The translations under genes and the position numbers were made by a program. The notes beneath the pieces are model-generated. The model worked only from the letters and a program-made list of their open reading frames with translations. It was not told the DNA's origin and made no database searches. A DNA stretch of 54,285 bases. It comes from a virus. The stretch spans positions 1 through 54,285 of the IMG/VR virus record IMGVR_UViG_3300011431_000001, one strand, 5' to 3'. Positions 34,621 through 43,797 of the stretch are shown piece after piece (the first letter of the stretch is position 1; the number at the start of each line of letters is the position of its first letter).

Positions 34621-37600
34621 TTAATATCCCTTTGAATAAGCCACAACCATCCATCTTGTACCGTTGTAAACACATCCTATTAAATCAGTTTTTCCTGAAG
34701 CTGTTACTGTTAATCCTGTTATATCAGAACCAAAAATAAAATCACCTGTTGTCGCTGTAGGTAAAGTCAATGTACTTGTAGTGCCGCTTGCAGTATACTC
34801 TATAATCATTTTTTGCCCATTTGTAGGATTAGTTGTTGTTCCTGCCGTACGAGTGGCACTTGTAGTTGTCCAAGTAAATACATTACCAAGTGAAGCGTCT
34901 ATTACCGCACCTGCACCATCTGATACTGTCACTACTTTTTCAAGTAAAGCATTTCCTATATTAACTCCTTTTGTACCTTTACCTGTTATAGTAATAGGTA
35001 CGTTTGTTTCTCCTGATGCTGTTATAGTAGGCCCGTTTCCTGTTGCGCCATTTGCAATTGTAAATTCATTTACTGCAGAGCCAGTTGCTGTAATTTTAAA
35101 TACCTCATTCCCGTTTGCATCACTTATGTCAGTGGTTATTTTAGGAGAAGTCATAGATTGAATACCAGTGAAAGTTTGCGCTGCGTCAGTCCTTGCTATA
35201 GTTGCGGAAGTTGTTGGAAACGTCATCGTAGTGGCGTCCGTTCCTTCAAGTGTAATAGATTTATTAAATGTTAACGTCTTTGCGGCAACTCCTGTTAATG
35301 TGTACGTCCCGGTTGTAAATGTATTGCCGTTAATAGTTGTGGCCGTAGCTGCACCCAAAGTCGGTGTAGTGAAAGAAGGTGAGGTAGTTAAGGCAAGTTG
35401 TGTCCCGCTTCCACTGGTTGTCATTTCACCAACTACACCGGCATTATCATATAAAACTCTTCCGCTTGTTCCACCTGTTATTACAGATGAGCCTATAGTT
35501 ATTCCACTTCCACCACCAGGAGTAGCCATCGTCAAAATATTTCCGCTTGCATCAAAACCTAAAACACCAACCGAAGTGCCAGAGAATGAACCTGTTGTTG
35601 TGTATAATGGTAACTTTAATTGGCCAGTTGATATTATTCTCATCTTTTCTGAACCGCCACCGCTTGAAGTTGCCCCGGCGGCCATTAGTCCAATTACAAA
35701 ATCAAAATCCTCTGATGCACTTGTAACATCGGTTGATATTGATCGAATTGTTGCCCCGTATTTAATGCCCGCTGTAGTTTCTGTTCCGAAGTTGATTCCT
35801 GTACCTATGCCATTTGCAGGCGTTCCGGATGTAGTATGAGTTAATTCTAAAGGACTTGAAAAAACATTATTTGAAGCATCATCACTTTGAATAGTCGTAA
35901 ATGCGTTAAATGTATTATTACCAGTAAATGAATTATTATTAGCAAGAAATACATCGCCGCCACCTTGTTGATCCAATTGATAACGTGTGCCTGCATTAAC
36001 AGCCGTAAAATAAAGATGTGTACCGTTATATTCAATTGCACCTGCTTCAGTAGTTGTAAGATTAGTTCCACTTGTAAGTTTTAATGGTGCTGTCCCTGCT
36101 GTTGCTGTTCCTGCTTTTAATTCTATATAGGCACTGCCATTAACACCTGTATTACTTAAATTTCCAAGATAATCTATTCTCCATCTTTCTGCAGGCCCAG
36201 AATTATTAGCTGTAGAAAAAATTAATGCTCCTTTATAAGCACCATTACTTATATCAGTAAGTGTCCCGGCTATTCGTGATGCTACCGTTTCACCACCCGT
36301 TGTTCTGTTTAATGAGAATGCAAACCCCATTGTTAGACTTGTACTTGCTGCGTCTGAATTGAAAAAATTAAGACCATTGCCATTATTACCTATCCCACCA
36401 CCTTGATATTTAACAGGAGCATTTGCTCCCAATTCCCATACCACAGGTTTATTTGGCCACATACTTACAGTTGACGCAGCAGATTCTAATGTTATATACT
36501 GATTAGTTGTAAGAGCAAATCTTCCATTGCCACCAACATCTCCGGTTATTGAACCCATGAAAGTGCCATTACTATGTAATACTCTCATTGCACCTTTATG
36601 GGTACTACTGCCAATTTGAAAATCACCGCTATTTAAAAATCTTCCACCTTCAACATTCCCATTATTTCCTGTTTGAAAAATAATATCTGCTCCTGTTGTA
36701 CCTATACCTGTTGTTGATTTTAATGTAAGAGGAGAAGTAGTCCCTGTTCCCCCTATTAATATTGGATTTGTTAGTGAAACACCAATTATTCCTGCGCCAT
36801 CAATATTAAAATTTGATGAAACTTGTTGTGAGGTTTGATTTTTTATATAGGAAGTACCAATATCGGGTATATCGCCAGCTACTAAAATATTCCATCCTGG
36901 TGCAGCACTTATAGTTGCATTACCTGTTTGTGTTAAAAATTTCTTTGTTGTAGTTATATTACCTGCCAGTCTTGCAGCAGCAGGAGTTGCATCTTCATAT
37001 ATAATATCTCCTAATGTTGTCATTGGGTTTGAGAATCCTGAACCACTTGGAGTTGCCCATGTTCCATCTCCACGCCAAAATGTAGACGAACTTGCACTTG
37101 TACCTGAATTTAAATTTGTAACAGGTAGATTACCTGTTACTGCATTTGATGAAGCTAAATTAATTGCTCCAAATGCCAATGCAGTTCCTGAACGCCTCAA
37201 TACCTGATTATCTGTGCCAGCAACTATGTCAGCTAAATTAGCTGTTGCATTTCCGGTTACTCCCAAAATACTTAATGCTGTTCCTTGCTGAATCTTAGCA
37301 TAAGTAATTGTATTGGTTGTAATGTCACCATTTACTATTGCTCCCCATGAAGGATTACCGGCAGCATTACCATGAAGCACAGTTACAGTTGTTCCCTGAT
37401 TTACAAAATCGGCAGAAGCAAGTGCGGGTGAACTATATGAAGGCGCAGCAGTACTTGCAGTAAAGTTTCCAAAGAAAGTATGAGCTGCGGCCGTACTTAA
37501 AGAAAATGTGAGTGCAGGCGTTGTTGTTGCGGTTGCTACAGAGGTTGTAAATAATGGCGATAAGGTTCCAGCGCTGAATGATGTTACAGTTCCATTTCCA

Positions 37601-39279
37601 CCGCCTATTGCAGTTAAAAAAGATGACGCACTTAAAGCTGTTACAGTATTGTCTGCATTTATTCTCGGAAATGTTATAGCAGATGGATTTGTTAAGGTAA
37701 AGAAGTTTATACCAACTGTAGTTCCGCCTAATGCTGTTCTTGCAGAAGATGGTATAACGCTTGCCCATGCCGATGCAACACCCACCATGAAGTTATTAGT
37801 CGTAGCTGTAAGTCCTGCAATGGTAGTAAGATCTGCATCCAACGGCTGATATGCGGCATTACCTGCCGATATTGTAAGCCATTTAGTTGCATCAATAGTT
37901 ATTAAATTACTGGCAAGATCAAAGTCAGCAGAAGCGAAAGAATTAAATTGAAGATCAACCCCAACTTTTGTAGAATAATTTGCAAGACCACCGCCAAGGT
38001 TTGATGCGGTATTTGCTTCACCACCACCTCCTCCTCCACCGCCCACGCTTCTTGCATAGCCTTTTGTTGCAAGTGTATCAGCATTATTGTTTACTCTTAC
38101 AATACCGCCTGTTTGAATATTCATGAATGTTTCCTTAGTCCCACCATTCAATCCAATTATAGATGCCTGTGATGTTACTGAAGCTAATGTTGCGTTTGAT
38201 AAAAATGCTTGAAATCTTATAGCTGTATCGCCGCCAGGGTTACTAGAAATGTAAAAATCAAGACTTTCGCCTATTCCATTTCCAGGTGTTCCTGATGTAG
38301 TTCTTATTAGTTGCAATGTAGAAGAAATAGTATTTGTAGATGAAGGAGTAAGAGAGAAATATCCTGCTCTTTCTCCCGTTCCAGACGCAGTAAAAATGTC
38401 AGCTAATTTACCCGATAATTGTAGCGGTATTCCGTTGCTGCTTAAAAATATATTCTGCCCGCCTGTTGTTCCAATTATTTCCAACCTGTTTGATCCCGTT
38501 GAAATAGTATCCGTTTTCGTTAATATACTTCCTCCAATTTGAGTATTGAACACCTGTTGAAGTGTTGGAGTTGAACCGCCGCTTCCAGGCCAATAGGAAA
38601 AATTCTTTATATTTCCACTTGCATCAATTGCAGTAGGTTTATAAGTTGTCGTATCTGAAACAGCCGTTCCAAGTCCAGGTAATTTAACTCCGGCATCAAA
38701 AATCACATTACCTTTTACATAAAGTTTTGTACTGGGGCCACCAACAGAGATATTGGGTATATTAATCCCAAGTTTTATGTTAGTTGAATCAAAAAGAAAT
38801 TTAGCGTTACTCCTGATATGATTATTCCCGCCTGAGAATAAAACTCTTGTCTGCGGTTGTCCAGTGCTATCCAATGGGACTGAAAAAATGGTTGTATCAC
38901 CTTTACTCAAACCAGTAAACAATATCGTCGTATCAACTCGATAGGTCGAATCATTAACACGAATCAATCCATAGCTTCCAATATTGCCAAGCTGTGATAT
39001 GCCCGATCCTCCCGTTGTTTTAAGCCCATCCCACCTATATCCTGACCACTGCCAAAATCTTTGATTTTTCCAGGCAATAGCGCCGGAATCTGAAACACGA
39101 AGCTTGAAAGTATCGCGTGGCAGCCTGGCGGAGCTATCAATGGCAAAGTTTTTATATCGACTACCATACGTATTGACGGGCAAAAGAGTCTTAGTCGTGT
39201 CTACCTGCGCACCCGCTTGAGCGCTCGCCTTACTAGAATAAATCGCAATTAAGAAAAATAGAAATAATATTTGTTTCAT
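34621..39279 (-). CDS. Giant fibre/adhesin-like protein, 1552 aa, with an N-terminal signal peptide
   Basis: MKQILFLFFLIAIYSSKASA/QA; G/T/S/A/N-rich beta-repeat sequence; located in the tail-fibre region. Confidence 0.75.
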   Translation of the reverse strand: MKQILFLFFLIAIYSSKASAQAGAQVDTTKTLLPVNTYGSRYKNFAIDSSARLPRDTFKLRVSDSGAIAWKNQRFWQWSGYRWDGLKTTGGSGISQLGNIGSYGLIRVNDSTYRVDTTILFTGLSKGDTTIFSVPLDSTGQPQTRVLFSGGNNHIRSNAKFLFDSTNIKLGINIPNISVGGPSTKLYVKGNVIFDAGVKLPGLGTAVSDTTTYKPTAIDASGNIKNFSYWPGSGGSTPTLQQVFNTQIGGSILTKTDTISTGSNRLEIIGTTGGQNIFLSSNGIPLQLSGKLADIFTASGTGERAGYFSLTPSSTNTISSTLQLIRTTSGTPGNGIGESLDFYISSNPGGDTAIRFQAFLSNATLASVTSQASIIGLNGGTKETFMNIQTGGIVRVNNNADTLATKGYARSVGGGGGGGGEANTASNLGGGLANYSTKVGVDLQFNSFASADFDLASNLITIDATKWLTISAGNAAYQPLDADLTTIAGLTATTNNFMVGVASAWASVIPSSARTALGGTTVGINFFTLTNPSAITFPRINADNTVTALSASSFLTAIGGGNGTVTSFSAGTLSPLFTTSVATATTTPALTFSLSTAAAHTFFGNFTASTAAPSYSSPALASADFVNQGTTVTVLHGNAAGNPSWGAIVNGDITTNTITYAKIQQGTALSILGVTGNATANLADIVAGTDNQVLRRSGTALAFGAINLASSNAVTGNLPVTNLNSGTSASSSTFWRGDGTWATPSGSGFSNPMTTLGDIIYEDATPAAARLAGNITTTKKFLTQTGNATISAAPGWNILVAGDIPDIGTSYIKNQTSQQVSSNFNIDGAGIIGVSLTNPILIGGTGTTSPLTLKSTTGIGTTGADIIFQTGNNGNVEGGRFLNSGDFQIGSSTHKGAMRVLHSNGTFMGSITGDVGGNGRFALTTNQYITLESAASTVSMWPNKPVVWELGANAPVKYQGGGIGNNGNGLNFFNSDAASTSLTMGFAFSLNRTTGGETVASRIAGTLTDISNGAYKGALIFSTANNSGPAERWRIDYLGNLSNTGVNGSAYIELKAGTATAGTAPLKLTSGTNLTTTEAGAIEYNGTHLYFTAVNAGTRYQLDQQGGGDVFLANNNSFTGNNTFNAFTTIQSDDASNNVFSSPLELTHTTSGTPANGIGTGINFGTETTAGIKYGATIRSISTDVTSASEDFDFVIGLMAAGATSSGGGSEKMRIISTGQLKLPLYTTTGSFSGTSVGVLGFDASGNILTMATPGGGSGITIGSSVITGGTSGRVLYDNAGVVGEMTTSGSGTQLALTTSPSFTTPTLGAATATTINGNTFTTGTYTLTGVAAKTLTFNKSITLEGTDATTMTFPTTSATIARTDAAQTFTGIQSMTSPKITTDISDANGNEVFKITATGSAVNEFTIANGATGNGPTITASGETNVPITITGKGTKGVNIGNALLEKVVTVSDGAGAVIDASLGNVFTWTTTSATRTAGTTTNPTNGQKMIIEYTASGTTSTLTLPTATTGDFIFGSDITGLTVTASGKTDLIGCVYNGTRWMVVAYSKGY

Positions 39280-39315
39280 TATTTTCAGTTTTTACTGAAA
39301 TTTCTGTAAGTTAGT

Positions 39316-40698
39316 TTAAATATGCCTCAGATATATCACGCCAAAGTTTTCAGTCAGATTTTCATCACCACCAGATGCTTCAATCAAGGCAGCAGAGCTA
39401 TTATATCCGTCACTCAGATTTGATTTTCTAAGAGCCACTACCGGATCGGCCGTATTACTTCCTCCTATCTTAATTCTATGTGTGTGTGTCTTCACCTGCC
39501 CATCCTGCCAACCGCCTGGATAATCAATAGGCCTGGTCGTGTCCGAGCCATAGGAATCAAAATCCTTCAACGCCCTTTCATACAATCGTTGAGTATTTGG
39601 AAGCCTGAATTGTTTTAATGTGCTATGAATTACGAATTGGCCGAGTTTATTACCAGGGTGAACATATCCGCCGCTCACTACTGTGTCGTCGGTTATATAA
39701 TGAGTATTTGGTAATACATTTCTGATAAACCAATAAATAGCGGGATATTCGTCGCCATCAAGCAACCGCCCATCTTCAGGTAAATAATTCAAATGGTTTA
39801 AATAAGTAGCCGCCATCCTTTCGCCAACTCTTGCGCCATCATAATCGTTTATTATTTCCCAATAACTGCCTTCTTTACGCAGGTAAAGACTCCCGCCACG
39901 GCTGGCCCATAACTCAGAAAGTAATGTAGTACCAGAAAAGCCATTATAGAAAACTTTATCAGTACCGTTTGTTTTTATTCTGCTTTGCGCCTGAACGCCA
40001 TCTCTCTTGTGTTCGAGATAAACCATATCTCCCGCGGCAAGGGATGAAAGAGGGGGCAATGTGACTTCCTGCTTTGTCCCCGTACAATCAAGGCAAAACC
40101 TTTTTCCTTTGTCGAGTGCAGATATTGAATAAGAAGCAGCGGTGACCGTAATCGTCGCAATGAATAAACTGCTGGCTGAAGTACTTACCGATCCTCCGGC
40201 ATTATATTTAATTTCTACAATAAATTTTTCCCCATCGGACATTTCCGCTCCTATTTCTGTAATAGCCCCTATTGCATCATTAAAAGTCCATTCTGTAGTT
40301 GGTTCAAGATATCGGAATCCCTCTTTAAAAATCCCTGAGATGTTTTTATTAATCAAATAGGGGTCGGTTAGAATTGTCCTGGTGCCATCAAGTGTGGCCC
40401 CACCCGATAAGGCGCCAATTAAATAAAATCTTCTTTCATATAAAAATTCTCCTGTTTGAGCATTTACGAAAGCTTCACTAACTAAGGTACCGAGTGCGAC
40501 ATTTGTAGGGGCATCCCTAAACCGGATAAAATAATCATCAGGATCAAGTCCGGGTATTATCAGAATGTAATTTGTAACCGGGACATCAATATACTGGACA
40601 AACACTTCCGTAGAAGGACTGCTCACCTTAGCTGCGCTTACCCGAAGCCAATCGGTATATGCGACAGTCCCAATAACGAGTTTTAATGTTACGCTCAT
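39316..40698 (-). CDS. Tail fibre protein with a tail-collar-like segment
   Basis: GRLLDGDEYPAIYWFI...FRLPNTQRLYERAL; position downstream of the tail tip genes. Confidence 0.5.
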   Translation of the reverse strand: MSVTLKLVIGTVAYTDWLRVSAAKVSSPSTEVFVQYIDVPVTNYILIIPGLDPDDYFIRFRDAPTNVALGTLVSEAFVNAQTGEFLYERRFYLIGALSGGATLDGTRTILTDPYLINKNISGIFKEGFRYLEPTTEWTFNDAIGAITEIGAEMSDGEKFIVEIKYNAGGSVSTSASSLFIATITVTAASYSISALDKGKRFCLDCTGTKQEVTLPPLSSLAAGDMVYLEHKRDGVQAQSRIKTNGTDKVFYNGFSGTTLLSELWASRGGSLYLRKEGSYWEIINDYDGARVGERMAATYLNHLNYLPEDGRLLDGDEYPAIYWFIRNVLPNTHYITDDTVVSGGYVHPGNKLGQFVIHSTLKQFRLPNTQRLYERALKDFDSYGSDTTRPIDYPGGWQDGQVKTHTHRIKIGGSNTADPVVALRKSNLSDGYNSSAALIEASGGDENLTENFGVIYLRHI

Positions 40699-40775
40699 AT
40701 TGCTTCTTTATATTGCCATTTAAATCCGTAAGCTGTTTTCATTTCTCCTTTCCAGATTTCCATAATTATTAATTT

Positions 40776-41735
40776 TTACTCTACGTCAAGCAATGGCACT
40801 ACATTTCCGCTGCCCTGATTTGATGTATCACCCCATACTTTTGCTTCAACTACAATTCCATAAACAAGCTTCTTAGTAGTGTCGGTTTCCTGCATTCTGA
40901 TTGCACTGCGTCTATTTATTCCTTCCTCAACTATTAACTTCACAAAACGCTTTGGATATTTTTGATATGTAAAATCTTCAATCGAGAAATCGCCATCACC
41001 GGCGGCAAATGATTTATTGTCAATTAATACGTTATTGCATCCCCAAATCCTGTTTAATAAATCAATTTCATCATCGGGAAGACCGAAATCATCACCAAAA
41101 AAAACATCAAACTTTCTGAATGTTTTGCTGCTTAAAAGAGTAGTATTATATTGCTGATCCTTATACTTTTCCTCGTCACGGCCCGGATTCATAAAACCTA
41201 TATGGCCAAGAATTCTTTTCTGAAATTTTATCCCTGTTTCGAAGATTATATCCTCATGGAATCTGGAATGCCAGTATTCGAGCATGAGCGTTGGGAAATC
41301 AAAAGCCACGGATGATATATACATTATTGAAGACTCGTAAATTTTCTGTGTGGGGCCAGAAGTGCCCGCAGTAATTCTAAGCTTGTAACAACCAGTGGAA
41401 ATGCTTGCCAAGCTCATGCTGATTTCAAAAGAAAAAGTATTTGGATAGTATTTATTTGGAAGGCCAATAAGAGCCGGAAGCGTTATAACAGCAACATTGT
41501 TCGAATTAATTAATTCCACTATGATCGGATCAAAAGTTGATTCGAACTGTAAATTTATTATATCAGTCGTCTGCCAAAGTTGAGTGTAATCTGTTGGGTC
41601 ATGCCACGCGTAAAGTCTTTCAGCAAAAGGATAATCATCAAATTGCCGCGTAAAATACTTAGGCAAATTGCTCCTGGTTACGTCGAAAAAACGTACTGGA
41701 TTAATGAATGGTATGCCAATAAAATTATCCGCCAT
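40776..41735 (-). CDS. Tail tip/baseplate-region protein, 319 aa
   Basis: Position only. Confidence 0.45.
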   Translation of the reverse strand: MADNFIGIPFINPVRFFDVTRSNLPKYFTRQFDDYPFAERLYAWHDPTDYTQLWQTTDIINLQFESTFDPIIVELINSNNVAVITLPALIGLPNKYYPNTFSFEISMSLASISTGCYKLRITAGTSGPTQKIYESSIMYISSVAFDFPTLMLEYWHSRFHEDIIFETGIKFQKRILGHIGFMNPGRDEEKYKDQQYNTTLLSSKTFRKFDVFFGDDFGLPDDEIDLLNRIWGCNNVLIDNKSFAAGDGDFSIEDFTYQKYPKRFVKLIVEEGINRRSAIRMQETDTTKKLVYGIVVEAKVWGDTSNQGSGNVVPLLDVE

Positions 41736-43797
41736 AATAATCTATAAGTGGACTCAAATCAGTATCAGCTGTAGGCCATAGCTGATAAGTCTGCGCCTTG
41801 TTTCTTTTCGGGTTTATGCTGTTTTTAATGCTTATGCCTTTATAAAGATTCCCATCAAATAAAAAAGAAAAAGTTTTCAAAGGATTGGAATCAAGATCAT
41901 CTAGTAAATCGTCAGGAACGATGACATCAATACTTATAAGTACGGGATTAAAAAATTTATTATCAAGACTTCCTACCGGTTCATCTGCATTTTCTACTAT
42001 TACATCGACGCCATTTATATAGCTCATATTTTGATTACGGTCAGCTGAAATGAATTTTAAAATTTTATTATCGGCCAGGTATAACGATGAATGCAGAAAG
42101 TCGCTGCTCCTGCGCAGGCAACGTTTTGGAGAAAAGATTACATTGAAAATCGTTTCTTTTTCATCAACTCCTATAAGAAAAGTATTCAGTGAACGATCAA
42201 GTTCATAATGATCGGGAATATCACCGCTGCTAGCAATTAATGTTTTTGCTATATGCAATACATAAATATCATTATCACTTTTATTATCAGTTGTATCTCT
42301 GCTGGCTTGATCAATTCTTATGTTTTCAATGTCGTAACATGAGGCTTTTATTTGGCTGATTTTTTCATACTTCCGTGGTACTTTTGTCGTTCCAAGTGAA
42401 TAAATGAATGTTGTATTGAATTCATTTTTACCATTTACAAAGCCATCTTCATTTTTCACGTCCGGGTAGCCGATTGCCAATTCATTAAATGGAAGATCTT
42501 TGTCAAATGAAATTTTAAGCTTACTGGCTTCTCCGAGGTCAATAACATTTAACTGATCAATTAAATTATTCTTTCTATCAAATAGAACTTTTTTATTCAA
42601 TTCACGGATTCCCACCTCGTCATAAGTATTCCAGAATCCAAAAAATAAAGACCAGGAAATTTTCAGCTTTGCGTCCGGAAGCCCTCTTATCGCATCCCCT
42701 GAAGTAAAGACTTTATCAATATTTTGAAGTTCTCCGAAATAGGGACAATCTTCGGCTGAATATTCTCCATCTGTCATTTTATCTATTAATTCAGCAAAGA
42801 CATCTTGACAACGATTAGCCTTAATGTAGGAAGTGCTAAATCTCGATGCAAAATTTATAGAAAATGTCGATTCCTTATAATGAACTTTTTCTAATACCGT
42901 TCCAGTATAAAATCCAACAAGAAAAAATTTTTCATTTGCGAACGCATCAAAAGTTTCATTAACAGAAATATCATATAAAATACCTCCCGTTGGAGGAGGG
43001 GAAACCAAAACAACGAGATCAATATCTCTATTTGTATCAGTATGTAGCCTTACGCCAAATGGTATACCAACATCAAGGATGAATTTAAAATTACCTATAA
43101 ATGTCAACCCGGTAATATCTTGTGTAACAGCAAACAAATATTCTGTGGATGTTGTCCAATCTCCCGGTGAATCTTGACCAAAAACTGAGAAAGATGCAAA
43201 TCCGGCTGCATTCCCTTCTTTGTTTATAAATGAGGCACCAATCAGATGCTCTGTTACTTGTGTTTGTTCAGTAAGTAAAAAATTATGTTTTTCTTTTAAT
43301 AAAATACCATCTTCTTTTATGTAGAGTCCGTTCAATTCAAGCTCATAAACCGTGTTTTCATTGGCTTTAAGATGCTTGGCGAGTCCTTCCTCAGAATTAG
43401 CTGCAGTAACATAAGCCCCCACATGCTCAAATGTGCTAAGATCAACCTCGCTTCTGAAAATCTGTTTATACCAATAGCCATATTCCACGCCTGGAGTATA
43501 AACAAGTTGAAGGGAGCAGATAATCAGGTAAACCGATTCTTCGATTCCCTTTTTGTAAAAAATATGCTTTATGATTTTGGCGCCGTCTTCTACATACTTG
43601 AAAGGCGCTGAAACAGTTCTATCAATTGCCCAATATTTTTTATTACGCACATTTTCAACGGTCGTATCCATCCAGCCATCGGGAGAAAAAAGCAAGGGAT
43701 AAGGGTTGTTGTTTATGACCACATCACCATTAGAATCAAGGCCCCAAAACCTGCGGCTCTTATCTTGTAAAAAGAAGATATAGTCATGGTGAGTCAT
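41725..43797 (-). CDS. Distal tail / tail-tip protein, 690 aa
   Basis: Immediately downstream of the tape measure gene (ATGA-type junction). Confidence 0.5.
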   Translation of the reverse strand: MTHHDYIFFLQDKSRRFWGLDSNGDVVINNNPYPLLFSPDGWMDTTVENVRNKKYWAIDRTVSAPFKYVEDGAKIIKHIFYKKGIEESVYLIICSLQLVYTPGVEYGYWYKQIFRSEVDLSTFEHVGAYVTAANSEEGLAKHLKANENTVYELELNGLYIKEDGILLKEKHNFLLTEQTQVTEHLIGASFINKEGNAAGFASFSVFGQDSPGDWTTSTEYLFAVTQDITGLTFIGNFKFILDVGIPFGVRLHTDTNRDIDLVVLVSPPPTGGILYDISVNETFDAFANEKFFLVGFYTGTVLEKVHYKESTFSINFASRFSTSYIKANRCQDVFAELIDKMTDGEYSAEDCPYFGELQNIDKVFTSGDAIRGLPDAKLKISWSLFFGFWNTYDEVGIRELNKKVLFDRKNNLIDQLNVIDLGEASKLKISFDKDLPFNELAIGYPDVKNEDGFVNGKNEFNTTFIYSLGTTKVPRKYEKISQIKASCYDIENIRIDQASRDTTDNKSDNDIYVLHIAKTLIASSGDIPDHYELDRSLNTFLIGVDEKETIFNVIFSPKRCLRRSSDFLHSSLYLADNKILKFISADRNQNMSYINGVDVIVENADEPVGSLDNKFFNPVLISIDVIVPDDLLDDLDSNPLKTFSFLFDGNLYKGISIKNSINPKRNKAQTYQLWPTADTDLSPLIDYYGG

